This document shows, piece after piece, positions 1-8,829 of a stretch of DNA of 58,624 nt (positions are counted from its first letter, which is position 1; every line of letters begins with the position of its first letter). A program made the position numbers and the translations under genes. The stretch covers positions 1 through 58,624 of the forward strand of contig DATCLG010000217.1 of assembly GCA_036564015.1 (NCBI GenBank), given 5' to 3'. Source of the stretch: Longimicrobiales bacterium (lineage in GTDB: Bacteria > Gemmatimonadota > Gemmatimonadetes > Longimicrobiales > RSA9). The notes below the pieces were generated by a model. That model was not told the DNA's origin, did not search any database, and saw nothing but the letters and a program-made list of their open reading frames with translations.

Positions 1-88
1 CGAAGATCCGCTCGAGGAAGGGCACGACCGTCTCCATGGTCGGCACCTCGGGCTCGCCGAAATTGAGGAGAAGAATCCCCGTGAGCAT
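1..88 (-). CDS. hemH: ferrochelatase, N-terminal fragment (gene runs off the window start)
   Basis: Too short for the ORF track. Minus-strand translation from the ATG at 88 gives MLTGILLLNFGEPEVPTMETVVPFLERIF, which fits the conserved ferrochelatase N-terminus. GAGGA lies 8 nt upstream. An alternative ATG is at 97. Confidence 0.6.
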   Translation of the reverse strand, partial: MLTGILLLNFGEPEVPTMETVVPFLERIF

Positions 89-334
89 TTTCGTCATCCT
101 CTTTTTTCACGTTCCTGCGGCGGGCGGGTCCGGAGACCTCCCTCCCCACCCTGCCGGGCGCCTTCGGGGCGGCGTGTGGCTCCTGCGCACGGATCCGGGC
201 TCGTTTCCCGACAGCCCGCGCCGCGGCCCCTTGACCCCGGCCCGCGGCGGTCCAGCGCCCCTGACGACGCTGCCGCGCACGGCGCCCGTCGTTCTCGACC
301 CGCGTGGCCTCCAGCGGGTCGCAGCCGAAGGCCG

Positions 335-363
335 TTGACCCCGGCCACGTTGCACGCTAATCT
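335..363 (+). promoter_or_regulatory. sigma70-like promoter motif (TTGACC-N17-TAATCT) with no annotated gene close downstream
   Basis: TTGACC at 335-340, a 17 nt spacer, then TAATCT at 358-363. The next credible + strand start codon is 1031. Confidence 0.3.
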
Positions 364-392
364 TGCCCGCCGAACTCCGTCAACTCCATGAT

Positions 393-413
393 GCGGGGGA
401 GCTCCTCCCCCGC
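393..413 (+). other. GC hairpin (9 bp stem GCGGGGGAG / CTCCCCCGC, 3 nt loop) about 30 nt downstream of the promoter-like motif
   Basis: Perfect inverted repeat read directly from the sequence. There is no U-tract. Confidence 0.3.
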
Positions 414-1030
414 CGGGCCGGCCCCTGCGCCGGTCCGCCCGGAAGGCGTCATTCGAAGCCTGACGACACGTTACGGCCGCATACACCGACCGGGAATCGC
501 CCGGGCCGCTTCCTGACAGACACGCGTGAACGGGTCGCGCGCTCGGCGAAGGCGGGGCGTCGCGACCGCAACCGGCCGGATGGCTTCTCGGCCTCTCGAC
601 CGCGCGGCCTTCGCCCGGTCGTGGGGAGTCCGGCAGGGCGCTGCGCACGAGACCATCGATACAAGACACCGCATCCGGGTGGCGGGACCGGGCGTCGACG
701 AACAACTCCTGAGCATCCGGGCTGAGCCCGGGGCGCATGCCGTTCCTCCGTGCTGGGCGCGGTCCGGACCGGGGCGCTCCTGCGGCCGCCCACGCCGGCT
801 CTGCGCGCGCCAGAGGCATCGCATGCCGGCGGGCCGTGCGGGCGACGCCCGCACGTGAGCGCCCGGGCAACAGAGGCACCCCGCGGAGCGTCGAGCCGGG
901 CCCCGACCAGCGCCGGGAGCTCCGCGCCTCGGCTCGATCCCGTGCCCGTTTTCCCGGCTCTTCCTGCCCGACCGGGGTCGCGTCGCGGACCCGAGCGGGC
1001 GCTGTTCAACCCTCTCACAGGGACCTCGCC

Positions 1031-2377
1031 ATGGACCGATTCGGTGAAAGCCAGCCTATCGACCGCCGGGCCTTCATGAAGACCGCAGCGGCGGGCGCGA
1101 TCGGCGCGAGCCTGGCCCTCCGCAACGCCCCCGCTTCGGCCCGGATCCTGGGCGCCAACGACCGCATCGTGATCGCCCTGATCGGCGCGGGGCGGCAGGG
1201 CGTCTCGAACCTGCGGAACGCGATGCGCTACCCGGACGTGGAGGTCGCGGCCGTGTGCGACGTCTACGGGCCCAACCTGGCGAAGGGTGCGGAGGTGGCG
1301 CCCGGTGCCCGGACGTACACCGATTTCCGGCACGTGCTCGACCGCAAGGACATCGACGCCGTCATCATCGCGACGCCCGACCACTGGCACGCCCTCCAGA
1401 CGATCCTGGCCTGTCAGGCCGGCAAGGACGTGTACGTGGAGAAGCCGATCTCCGTGACCGTCGAGGAGGGGCGCAGGATGGTCGAGGCGGCCCGGAGATA
1501 CGGCCGCATCGTGCAGGTGGGCACGCAGCAGCGTTCCGGCCACCACTTCCAGCAGGCCGCCGAGCTGATCCGGAGCGGCCGCATCGGCAAGGTCACCCAG
1601 GTCCGGACGTGGAACTTCAGCAACGAGACTCCGGAGGGCATCGGCAACCCACCCGACGGGGATCCACCCGCCGACCTGGACTGGGACATGTGGCTCGGGC
1701 CGGCGCCGAAGCGGCCGTTCAACCCCAACCGGTTCGGCGTCCACCCCAGCCGCTGGTCCACGTTCCGTTACTTCTGGGACTACGCGGGCGGGATGATGAC
1801 CGACTGGGGCGTGCACTGGCTGGACATCGTCCACATGGCGATGGGGGTCGACGCCCCTGAGTCGGTCTCCGCCGTCGGCGGCAAGTTCGTCGTCAACGAC
1901 AATCGCGAGACGCCCGACACGCTGATCGCCACCTACCAGTATCCTGGCTTCATCTGCACGTACGAGAACCGGGCGGGCAACGCCGCGCCCCTGAACGGCA
2001 AGAGCTCCGGGATGCTGTTCCACGGGACCGAAGGCACGCTCTTCCTCGATCGGCAGGGCTTCGAGATCCTTCCGGAGCGGCGTCAGGTGGACGGGCAGGC
2101 GGTGGATCGCACCGAGGCGATGCGGGTGGAGAACTCCAACTCGCATCACGAGGACCACATCCGGAACTTCCTGGACTGCGTGAAGTCGCGCCGCCCGCCG
2201 ATCTGTGACATCGAGACCGGCCACCGCTCGACGACCGCCGCGCTGCTCGGGAACATCGCGTACCGGACGGGTCGGCGGATCGTGTGGGATGCGAAGAACG
2301 AGCGGATCGTCGGGGACCGCGAGGCGAGCAGGTATCTGCGGAGGGAATACCGCAAGCCTTGGAATCTCACGACGTGA
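1031..2377 (+). CDS. Gfo/Idh/MocA family oxidoreductase with twin-arginine (TAT) signal peptide
   Basis: Trimmed from ORF 737..2377 to the in-frame ATG at 1031 (MDRFGESQPIDRRAFMKTAAAGAIGASLALRNAPASA, a TAT-type RRxFxK motif). Rossmann segment RIVIALIGAGRQG. EKP motif (VYVEKPIS) is typical of the GFO_IDH_MocA family. Confidence 0.9.
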   Translation: MDRFGESQPIDRRAFMKTAAAGAIGASLALRNAPASARILGANDRIVIALIGAGRQGVSNLRNAMRYPDVEVAAVCDVYGPNLAKGAEVAPGARTYTDFRHVLDRKDIDAVIIATPDHWHALQTILACQAGKDVYVEKPISVTVEEGRRMVEAARRYGRIVQVGTQQRSGHHFQQAAELIRSGRIGKVTQVRTWNFSNETPEGIGNPPDGDPPADLDWDMWLGPAPKRPFNPNRFGVHPSRWSTFRYFWDYAGGMMTDWGVHWLDIVHMAMGVDAPESVSAVGGKFVVNDNRETPDTLIATYQYPGFICTYENRAGNAAPLNGKSSGMLFHGTEGTLFLDRQGFEILPERRQVDGQAVDRTEAMRVENSNSHHEDHIRNFLDCVKSRRPPICDIETGHRSTTAALLGNIAYRTGRRIVWDAKNERIVGDREASRYLRREYRKPWNLTT

Positions 2378-2445
2378 CGGGAGAACGCCCCCGCCCGACG
2401 TCGGAGCGGCGGGCGGCTCTGGCCGGATGACGGTGTGCGGAGGCT

Positions 2446-2482
2446 GCCCGCCCCGCCGGGCGGCTGGCCGGGCGGGGCGGGC
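2446..2482. terminator. GC-rich hairpin between convergent genes (12 bp stem GCCCGCCCCGCC / GGCGGGGCGGGC)
   Basis: Inverted repeat 2446-2457 / 2471-2482 with a 13 nt loop. It lies between the oxidoreductase stop (2377) and the permease stop (2492). No U-tract. Confidence 0.45.
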
Positions 2483-2491
2483 GGGGCAGGC

Positions 2492-3514
2492 TTACCGGGT
2501 CCGGGCGGCGCGGAGCCCGTCGAGGGCCACCGCGAGCACGATGATCATGCCGATGATGATCTCCTGCACGTAGTTCGGCCAGCCCATCTGCTGACAGCCG
2601 TTGCGCAGGAACGCCATGATCAGGGCCCCGATCATCGAGCCGAGGATGCTCCCCTCCCCGCCGTTCAGGCTTCCCCCGCCGATGACGACGGCCGCGATGA
2701 CGTCGAGCTCGGTCCCGATCGCGACCGTCGGGTCGCCGAGCCGGAGGCGGGACATCTGCATGACCCCGGCGAGGCCGAAGAGGAGGCCGGCCGAGCTGTA
2801 GATCCAGAGCTTGAGCCGGTTCGTGTGGATGCCGCAGGCGCTGGCCGCCGCCTCGTTGGAGCCGAGCGCGAAGACTCGCCGGCCGAACACGGTGTTACGG
2901 AGGATGATGGCCACGAGGACGGCGAGGGCGAGGGTGATCCAGACGCCCGGGGCGAGCACGAGCCACTCGGGTCGCGGGAAGGTGACGACCAGCTCGTTGA
3001 CCCAGGTCGAGGCCACCGGGACCGTCTGCTCGTCGGCCAGCCATTTCGCGATCCCCCGCGCGATCCCGAGCATGCCGAGCGTCGCGATGAACGGCACCAC
3101 GCGGAGCCCGGTGATCAGGAGCGCATTGGTGAGCCCGACCAGCCCGCCGACCAGCACCGCCGCTACGACGGCCAGCACGGGCGGCCAGCCCGCGTTGATC
3201 CCGAGGGCCGTGACGACGCTGGTCAGCGCGATCGTCGCGCCGACGGATAGGTCGATCCCCCCGCTGACGATGATCATCGTCATGCCGATCGCGCCCAGGG
3301 CGACGATCACCGTCTGAGACAGGACGATCCGGAGGTTGAAGGGCGAAAGGTAGCGCCCCGGATCATCCGAGAGCACGGTGAAGACCAGGATCACCAGCGC
3401 AAGGCCGAGGAAGGGGCCAAGGCGGGAGAGCCAGGTCTGGAGTGCGCTGGCCCGTTCGCGCGCCGGCACCGGCACAGCGGACGCCGGCCGGGCCTCGATC
3501 GTCGTCGTTTCCAT
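2492..3514 (-). CDS. sugar ABC transporter permease (RbsC/AraH-type)
   Basis: 340 aa multi-pass membrane protein. Motifs include VIVALGAIGMTMIIVSGGIDLSVGA and GGGSLNGGEGSILGSMIGALIM, typical of monosaccharide ABC permeases. Lies 3 nt downstream of the ATPase gene. Confidence 0.9.
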   Translation of the reverse strand: METTTIEARPASAVPVPARERASALQTWLSRLGPFLGLALVILVFTVLSDDPGRYLSPFNLRIVLSQTVIVALGAIGMTMIIVSGGIDLSVGATIALTSVVTALGINAGWPPVLAVVAAVLVGGLVGLTNALLITGLRVVPFIATLGMLGIARGIAKWLADEQTVPVASTWVNELVVTFPRPEWLVLAPGVWITLALAVLVAIILRNTVFGRRVFALGSNEAAASACGIHTNRLKLWIYSSAGLLFGLAGVMQMSRLRLGDPTVAIGTELDVIAAVVIGGGSLNGGEGSILGSMIGALIMAFLRNGCQQMGWPNYVQEIIIGMIIVLAVALDGLRAARTR

Positions 3515-3517
3515 GCG

Positions 3518-5032
3518 TCAGTCGACTCCTGTACCCACGGCGGCAGCCATCACCGTCTCGGGGGTCCACTCCTCGATCGGGCGCGCAGGGGAGAGCCGGC
3601 CCCGGCTCATCACGGCGAGCCGGTCGCACATGCCGAAGAGCTCGGGCAGGTACGAGCTGATCATGAGTACGGCCTTCCCTTCCTCGGCCGCGCGGGCGAT
3701 GACCTCGTAGATCTGCGCCTTGCTGCCGACGTCGATCCCCCGGGTGGGCTCGTCCAGCAGCAGGATCTGCGCTTCCTGGTGGAGCAGCCGCCCGATCGCG
3801 ATCTTCTGCTGGTTGCCACCCGATAGCGTGCCCACGGGCTGCATGGGGTCGCGGGCCTTGACGCCGAGCGCTTCGATCCACCGCTGCGCCGCTGCGCGCT
3901 GGCGCCGGAGATCGAGCCAGCCCAGGCCCGGCGAGCAGGCGGAGAGCCGCGTGAGCGTCAGGTTGTCCGCCACCGAGAGCGGGAGCGCGAGCCCCTCGCC
4001 CTTGCGGTCCTCGCTCAGGTAGCCCACGCCCTGGCGGAGCCGGTCGGCGGTCGGCCCGCGCAGCGCGACGGCCCGCCCGCGGAGCAGGATCGTGCCCGAC
4101 TGCGCGGGGTCCAGCCCGAACACGGCACGCACCATCTCGGTCCGTCCGGACCCCACGAGTCCGGCGATCCCTAGCACCTCGCCGCGCCGGAGCTCGAAAC
4201 TGGCGTGCCGGACCGCCGGCGGCGCGACCAGGTCCCGGACCTCGAGCAGGACTTCCCCGCCGACCGCTCGCCGTCGACTCGGGTAGAGGTCCTCCATCGT
4301 CCGGCCGACCATCTGCGCGATCAAGTGCTCGTTGGTCGTGCCGGCGAGCGTGCCGGTGTCGACGCCCCGCCCGTCCCGCAGCACCGTGTACCGGTCCGCG
4401 ATCTCCCGCACCTCCTCGAGGAAGTGGCTGATGTAGATCACGGCGATCCCTTCGGCCGAGAGCCGCCGGACCAGCGCGAAGAGCCGCTCCACGTCATCGC
4501 GCCCCAGGCTGCTCGTCGGCTCGTCCATGAGCACGATGCGCGCGTCGGCGACGAGCGCGCGGCAGATCTCGACCACCTGCTGCGCGGCGATCGGCAGGTC
4601 CCCCACCCGACGGTCCGGATGGATCTCCGGATGGCTGAAGTTCTCGAGCACCGCGAGCGCCCGCCGCCGCGCCGCCCGGCGATCCAGCCACCCCCAGCGC
4701 GACGGCTCCACTCCCAGCAGGATGTTCTCCGTGACGGTGAGGTGCGGGCAGAGCGAGAGCTCCTGGTGGATCAGCGCCAGACCGCGTCGCCGCGCCTCGA
4801 GCGGGCTCGCCGGGGCGTACGGCTCGCCCAGCACCCGCATCTCGCCCCGATCCGGCCGCAGCTTCCCGGCCAGGATGTTCATCAGCGTGCTCTTCCCCGC
4901 CCCGTTCTCGCCGATCAGCGCATGCACCTCGCCCGGCTCGAGCACGAGGTCCACGCCGTCCAGCGCCACGGTCGGCCCGAAGCGCTTGGCGATCCCGATG
5001 ATCTCCAGGGCGGGCTTCGCCACGACGCTCAC
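3518..5032 (-). CDS. sugar ABC transporter ATP-binding protein (duplicated ABC domains, RbsA/MglA-type)
   Basis: Walker A GENGAGKST plus a degenerate second P-loop GLVGSGRTE, signature LSGGNQQK, and Walker B ILLLDEPTRG. GTG start overlaps the upstream stop (GTGA). Confidence 0.92.
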   Translation of the reverse strand: MSVVAKPALEIIGIAKRFGPTVALDGVDLVLEPGEVHALIGENGAGKSTLMNILAGKLRPDRGEMRVLGEPYAPASPLEARRRGLALIHQELSLCPHLTVTENILLGVEPSRWGWLDRRAARRRALAVLENFSHPEIHPDRRVGDLPIAAQQVVEICRALVADARIVLMDEPTSSLGRDDVERLFALVRRLSAEGIAVIYISHFLEEVREIADRYTVLRDGRGVDTGTLAGTTNEHLIAQMVGRTMEDLYPSRRRAVGGEVLLEVRDLVAPPAVRHASFELRRGEVLGIAGLVGSGRTEMVRAVFGLDPAQSGTILLRGRAVALRGPTADRLRQGVGYLSEDRKGEGLALPLSVADNLTLTRLSACSPGLGWLDLRRQRAAAQRWIEALGVKARDPMQPVGTLSGGNQQKIAIGRLLHQEAQILLLDEPTRGIDVGSKAQIYEVIARAAEEGKAVLMISSYLPELFGMCDRLAVMSRGRLSPARPIEEWTPETVMAAAVGTGVD

Positions 5033-6036
5033 TCCCCCGCCAGGTACTCCTCGATCGGCGGCTCGAGCAGCTCCCGGACCTCAGGCTGATCCATGTTCTC
5101 CCGGGTCACCAGGACCACCCCCGTGTCGATCCGCTTCTCGACCGCCTGACCCTGCAGGTGCGCGACCATCGTCCTCACGCCCAGGTAGCCCATCCGCACC
5201 GGGTTCTGGACGACGAGCCCGTGGATCTGGCCCGCACGGAGCGCCTCGACCAGGATCGGACTCGCGTCGAACCCGATGAGCCGGATCTTGCCCGCCCTGC
5301 CGATGTCCTGGAGCGCGAGGAGCATCCCCACGGTCGACGACTCGTTGGGCGTGAAGACGCCGTCCAGGACGTTCCCGTAGCGGTTGAGCAAGTTCTCCGC
5401 GGCGCGCTTGGCCGTCTCACGCGTCGGGCCGGCATACTGGTCGGACGAGACCACCTCGATGCCCGGGTGCTGGGCCTGGAGCCGCTCGAGGAAGCCGCGC
5501 TCACGCGCCGTGGTGCTCGCCGAGCCCTCCGCGTAGCGTAGCAGCAGGACCCTCCCCTTGCCGCCGAGCAGCTCGGCAATGCGATCGGCCGCGAGCTGGC
5601 CGCCCAGGTAGTTGTCCGTCGCGACGAAGCTAACGATCTCCTGCGACTCGAGGTCGGAGTCGATGATCACGGTCGGCACGCCCGCGCGCCGGGCCTCCTC
5701 CACGGGGCGCACCAGCGCCCGGCTGTCCAGCGGCGCGAGCACGATGCCGTCGATCCCCTGGGCGATGAACCCCTCGACGACCTGGATCTGCTGCTCGCGG
5801 TCGTCCTCGCGCAGCGGCCCCTTCCAGATCACTTCGACGGGGATGCCTTCCTCCGACAGCTCTCGTGCGGCCTTGACCGCGCCGGCGTGGATGCTCCTCC
5901 AGAACTCGTGCGTGGTTCCTTTCGGGACGACGGCGACCGTGAACCCTGATCCGGAGCCGCGCGACCCCGCGTTGCCGCACCCGGCCAACAGCGCCGCGGT
6001 GAGCGCGAAGGAGAGCGAGAGCAAAGAGATCCTCAT
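5029..6036 (-). CDS. periplasmic sugar-binding lipoprotein of the ABC transporter (RbsB-like)
   Basis: ORF 5029..6951 trimmed to the ATG at 6036: MRISLLSLSFALTAALLAGCGN (lipobox LAGC). This is followed by VAVVPKGTTHEFWRSIHAGA, typical of the periplasmic-binding type I sugar family. The upstream 305 codons are Arg/Gly/Pro junk. Confidence 0.88.
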   Translation of the reverse strand: MRISLLSLSFALTAALLAGCGNAGSRGSGSGFTVAVVPKGTTHEFWRSIHAGAVKAARELSEEGIPVEVIWKGPLREDDREQQIQVVEGFIAQGIDGIVLAPLDSRALVRPVEEARRAGVPTVIIDSDLESQEIVSFVATDNYLGGQLAADRIAELLGGKGRVLLLRYAEGSASTTARERGFLERLQAQHPGIEVVSSDQYAGPTRETAKRAAENLLNRYGNVLDGVFTPNESSTVGMLLALQDIGRAGKIRLIGFDASPILVEALRAGQIHGLVVQNPVRMGYLGVRTMVAHLQGQAVEKRIDTGVVLVTRENMDQPEVRELLEPPIEEYLAGE

Positions 6037-6167
6037 GACCAACCGTCCTTTCCTGGAGTCTCGTCGTCCGCTCGGGGATTCGCATCCCCCGTGGCCAGGG
6101 TGTCGACCGGCCTTCCTGCTGGGACGGGACGGTCCCCGGCGTCGCCCGGGCCAACCGGGCCCTGCGC

Positions 6168-7307
6168 TCAGAGAAGGACCACGCCCTTGATGTAGTCGGG
6201 AGCCTGGTGATCTCCCAGGAACGCGCGCGGCACGGCCTCGAGCGAGGCGTAGCGGTGCGTGATGAACGAGCCGACGTCGATCCGTCCACCCTCGATCAGC
6301 CGGAGCGCCCGTGTGTAGGTGGTAGGCCGGCCGTCGGGCTCGAAGCCTCCGGACGCCCCGACGGGCGTGAGCAGCGTGGGCTCCATGAACATCACGCTGT
6401 TCAGCACGCTCAGCTCGACGCCTGCGTGGCCGTGGCCGTAGAGGAGGACCGTCGCCTGCTTGCGGATCAGCCCCGGGATGGAGGCGACGACCTGCCCTGA
6501 GCCCGACGCCTCGATCAGGAGCTCGACCCGCCGCCCGCCCGTCCGCTCCCTCACGGCCTCGGCCAGGTCCACCGCGTGGGGATCGATCGTCTCCGCGCCG
6601 AAGCGCTCGGCGAGGGCCCGCTTGCGTGCGTTCGGCTCGCTCACCAGCAGCGTCCCATCGAAGCCGAGCACGTTCCTCAGGTACTGCACGAAGAGCAGGC
6701 CCGCCGGCCCGGCGCCGCAGACCAGGGCGGCGCGGACGCGGCGCTCGGGCTCCCCTCTGAGGGTGTAGCGGGCCGCCGTCCGGACCAGCACCTCCGTCGA
6801 GTGGACCACGCAGCCGAGCGGCTCGGCCAGCGCCGCCTGCGCGGGCTCGAGGTCGGACTCGATTCGCACGCAGTTGACGGCCGGCACGACCAGGTACTCG
6901 GCGAGCCCGCCCGGCAGCCCCGTGAGCCCGTGCTCCCGGTAGAACTCGCACTGGTGCGAGTCGCCGGTCGCGCAGTACTCACACCGCGGCACGCGCGCCT
7001 CGCTGTGGCAGTTCCGCCCCTGGTCCACCACGACGCGGTCCCCGGGCCGGAGATCCCGGACCGCGCTCCCCACCTCCTCCACCACGCCCGTCACCTCGTG
7101 TCCCAGGATCTGGGGTTGCTCCGTCAGCGGGATCAGCCGGCCATCCGGTCCCCGGTTGTAGTTGGCGTGCCCCGCGAAGATGTGCAGATCCGTGCCGCAC
7201 AGCCCGACCGCCTGCACGCGCAGCAGCACATCGCGCGCGCCCACCGTCGGGCGGGGAACGTCGCGCACCTCGAGGCGCCCGACGTCGCACAACACCAGCG
7301 CACGCAT
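6168..7307 (-). CDS. zinc-dependent medium-chain alcohol/polyol dehydrogenase (MDR family); candidate sugar dehydrogenase of the fucose locus
   Basis: MRALVLCDVGRLEVRDVP... with catalytic-zinc motif GHEVTGVV, structural-zinc Cys cluster CEYCATGDSHQC, and NAD fold LVCGAGPAGL. Start taken at the ATG at 7307; an alternative is 7382. Confidence 0.85.
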   Translation of the reverse strand: MRALVLCDVGRLEVRDVPRPTVGARDVLLRVQAVGLCGTDLHIFAGHANYNRGPDGRLIPLTEQPQILGHEVTGVVEEVGSAVRDLRPGDRVVVDQGRNCHSEARVPRCEYCATGDSHQCEFYREHGLTGLPGGLAEYLVVPAVNCVRIESDLEPAQAALAEPLGCVVHSTEVLVRTAARYTLRGEPERRVRAALVCGAGPAGLLFVQYLRNVLGFDGTLLVSEPNARKRALAERFGAETIDPHAVDLAEAVRERTGGRRVELLIEASGSGQVVASIPGLIRKQATVLLYGHGHAGVELSVLNSVMFMEPTLLTPVGASGGFEPDGRPTTYTRALRLIEGGRIDVGSFITHRYASLEAVPRAFLGDHQAPDYIKGVVLL

Positions 7308-7413
7308 GGTCTCCGGGCCGGAAGAGCCCGTCGCTGGCCCGTTCACGGGCTCTGCTCGCTCGCTCGCCATCGCCTCCTGCACCCGCAGCGGCGCGAAACG
7401 CCCCGCGCCTCGA

Positions 7414-8790
7414 TCACCGGGCCGCCGTCTCGGGCCGCGTCTCCAGCACGACCACCGACGCGATCGTGCTCGGCGGCACCGCCGGCAAAGTCACGACGAC
7501 CCCCGTCTCCGTCCGCTCCACCGGGAGCGACTCCCGCTTCTCGTCCGCCAGGAGATAGGCGCGCACGACCTCCTCCCGCAGCCCGCCCGGGATCTCCAGC
7601 CGCCGGTCCCGCGGCCAGTCGAACACGTGCGCGTAGAGCTTCCCCGGCTTCCTCGTGAACCGGCCCCAGGACGGCTGCTCCGCGAACGGGCTCGCAGAAG
7701 TGCCGTAGATCGCCTCCCCGTTCACCTTCATCCACTCGCCGATCTCGCGCAGCCGGTGCACGCTCGGCGCCGGGATCACCCCCTCCGCCGTCGGCCCCAC
7801 ATTCAGCAGGAAGTTCCCGCCCTTCGACGCCGCGTCGATCAGGATGCGGATCAGCGTCCGGGTGTCCTTCCAGTTGTCGTCGAAGGACTTGTAGCCCCAG
7901 GTGTCGTTCATCGTCATGCACGACTCCCAATCCACCCCCGGCAGCCCCTGCGGCGGCACCTCCTGCTCCGGCGTCCCGAAATCGCCGATGTGACCTTCCT
8001 TCGTCAGCCCCTGCATACCCTGCCGCCCCTTCCCCACCCGGTTGTTGATCAGGATGTTCGGCTGCAGCCGGCGCACGAAGGCGTAGAGGTCCCGACCCTG
8101 CTCCTCCGTCCAGTCCGGGATCCACTCCCCATCGAACCAGAGCACGGCCACCTCGCCGTAGTTCGTCAGCAGCTCCCGGAGCTGCGGCTTCATGTACTCC
8201 TCGACGTACCGCTTGAAGTTGGGATTCGTCTTCCGGCCGTCGTTGTAGTTCGGGTAGTTGGGAGCCTGCGCGTCGGGATGGTGCCAGTCCATGATCGAGT
8301 AGTAGAACCCGAGCTTCAGCCCGTGCCGACGAGCAGCCTCGGCCAGCTCCTTCAGCGGGTCACGCCGGAAGGGCGTGAAGTCCACGATGTCGTAGTCCGA
8401 AACCTTGGAGTCGAAGATCGCGAAGCCGTCGTGGTGCTTGGAGGTGATGATGATGTACTTCATGCCCGCCTCTTTGGCGAGCCGCACCCACTCCTCCGCA
8501 TCGAACTTCGTGGGATTGAACTGCCGCGCGAACTGCTCGTACTCGGGGATCGGGATCGCTGCCCGCTGCATGATCCACTCGCCGATCCCGGCGATGCGCT
8601 GGCCGCGATAGGTCCCGGCCGGCACGGCGTACGGGCCCCAGTGGATGAACATCCCGAACCTGGCCTCGCGCCACCATGCCATGCGCGCGTCTCGCTGCGC
8701 CGGCGCCTCCCGCGGGAGATCCTGCGCGGCGCCAGCCTGGACGAGGCCGGCCAGAAGGATGGGAAGCAGCAACGCGCAGCGGGTTCTCAC
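7414..8790 (-). CDS. alpha-L-fucosidase (GH29), secreted
   Basis: Signal peptide MRTRCALLLPILLAGLVQAGAAQ. GH29 motifs FGMFIHWGPYAVPA and ITSKHHDGFAIFDS. GTG start with GGAGG 5 nt upstream. Confidence 0.9.
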   Translation of the reverse strand: MRTRCALLLPILLAGLVQAGAAQDLPREAPAQRDARMAWWREARFGMFIHWGPYAVPAGTYRGQRIAGIGEWIMQRAAIPIPEYEQFARQFNPTKFDAEEWVRLAKEAGMKYIIITSKHHDGFAIFDSKVSDYDIVDFTPFRRDPLKELAEAARRHGLKLGFYYSIMDWHHPDAQAPNYPNYNDGRKTNPNFKRYVEEYMKPQLRELLTNYGEVAVLWFDGEWIPDWTEEQGRDLYAFVRRLQPNILINNRVGKGRQGMQGLTKEGHIGDFGTPEQEVPPQGLPGVDWESCMTMNDTWGYKSFDDNWKDTRTLIRILIDAASKGGNFLLNVGPTAEGVIPAPSVHRLREIGEWMKVNGEAIYGTSASPFAEQPSWGRFTRKPGKLYAHVFDWPRDRRLEIPGGLREEVVRAYLLADEKRESLPVERTETGVVVTLPAVPPSTIASVVVLETRPETAAR

Positions 8791-8829
8791 GGCGTCCTCC
8801 TCGGCTGGATCGTGAACGGTTCAGGCCTC

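Noticed and set aside
94-879. ORFs filling the 98-1030 spacer (94-879 minus, 363-725 plus, 526-858 plus, 471-854 minus).
   Set aside because: No recognisable domain, extreme Arg/Pro/Gly content, and the ORFs overlap one another. The region is kept as a finding rather than a CDS call.
449-2224. 591 aa minus-strand ORF antisense to the Gfo/Idh/MocA gene. The same class of long ORFs occurs at 7162-10149(+), 16206-18029(+), 24985-27150(+), 36775-38598(-), 43394-45262(+), 52588-54405(-), 12258-14045(+), 28717-30051(+) and 31579-33192(+).
   Set aside because: These are shadow ORFs typical of 70% GC DNA. Their translations are Arg/Pro/Gly/Ala/His-rich with no motifs. Each lies opposite, or out of frame with, a gene that has clear family signatures.
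5029-6951. Long N-terminal extensions in the ORF track. Examples: the 640 aa form of the sugar-binding protein, the 585 aa LutB, the 421 aa nucleotidyltransferase, the 372 aa Nfo, the 812 aa kinase, the 349 aa protease and the 282 aa FolE.
   Set aside because: The extensions are low-complexity junk that overlaps neighbouring genes. Internal starts have Shine-Dalgarno motifs or ATGA/GTGA coupling and give proteins of canonical length beginning with signal peptides or conserved N-termini.
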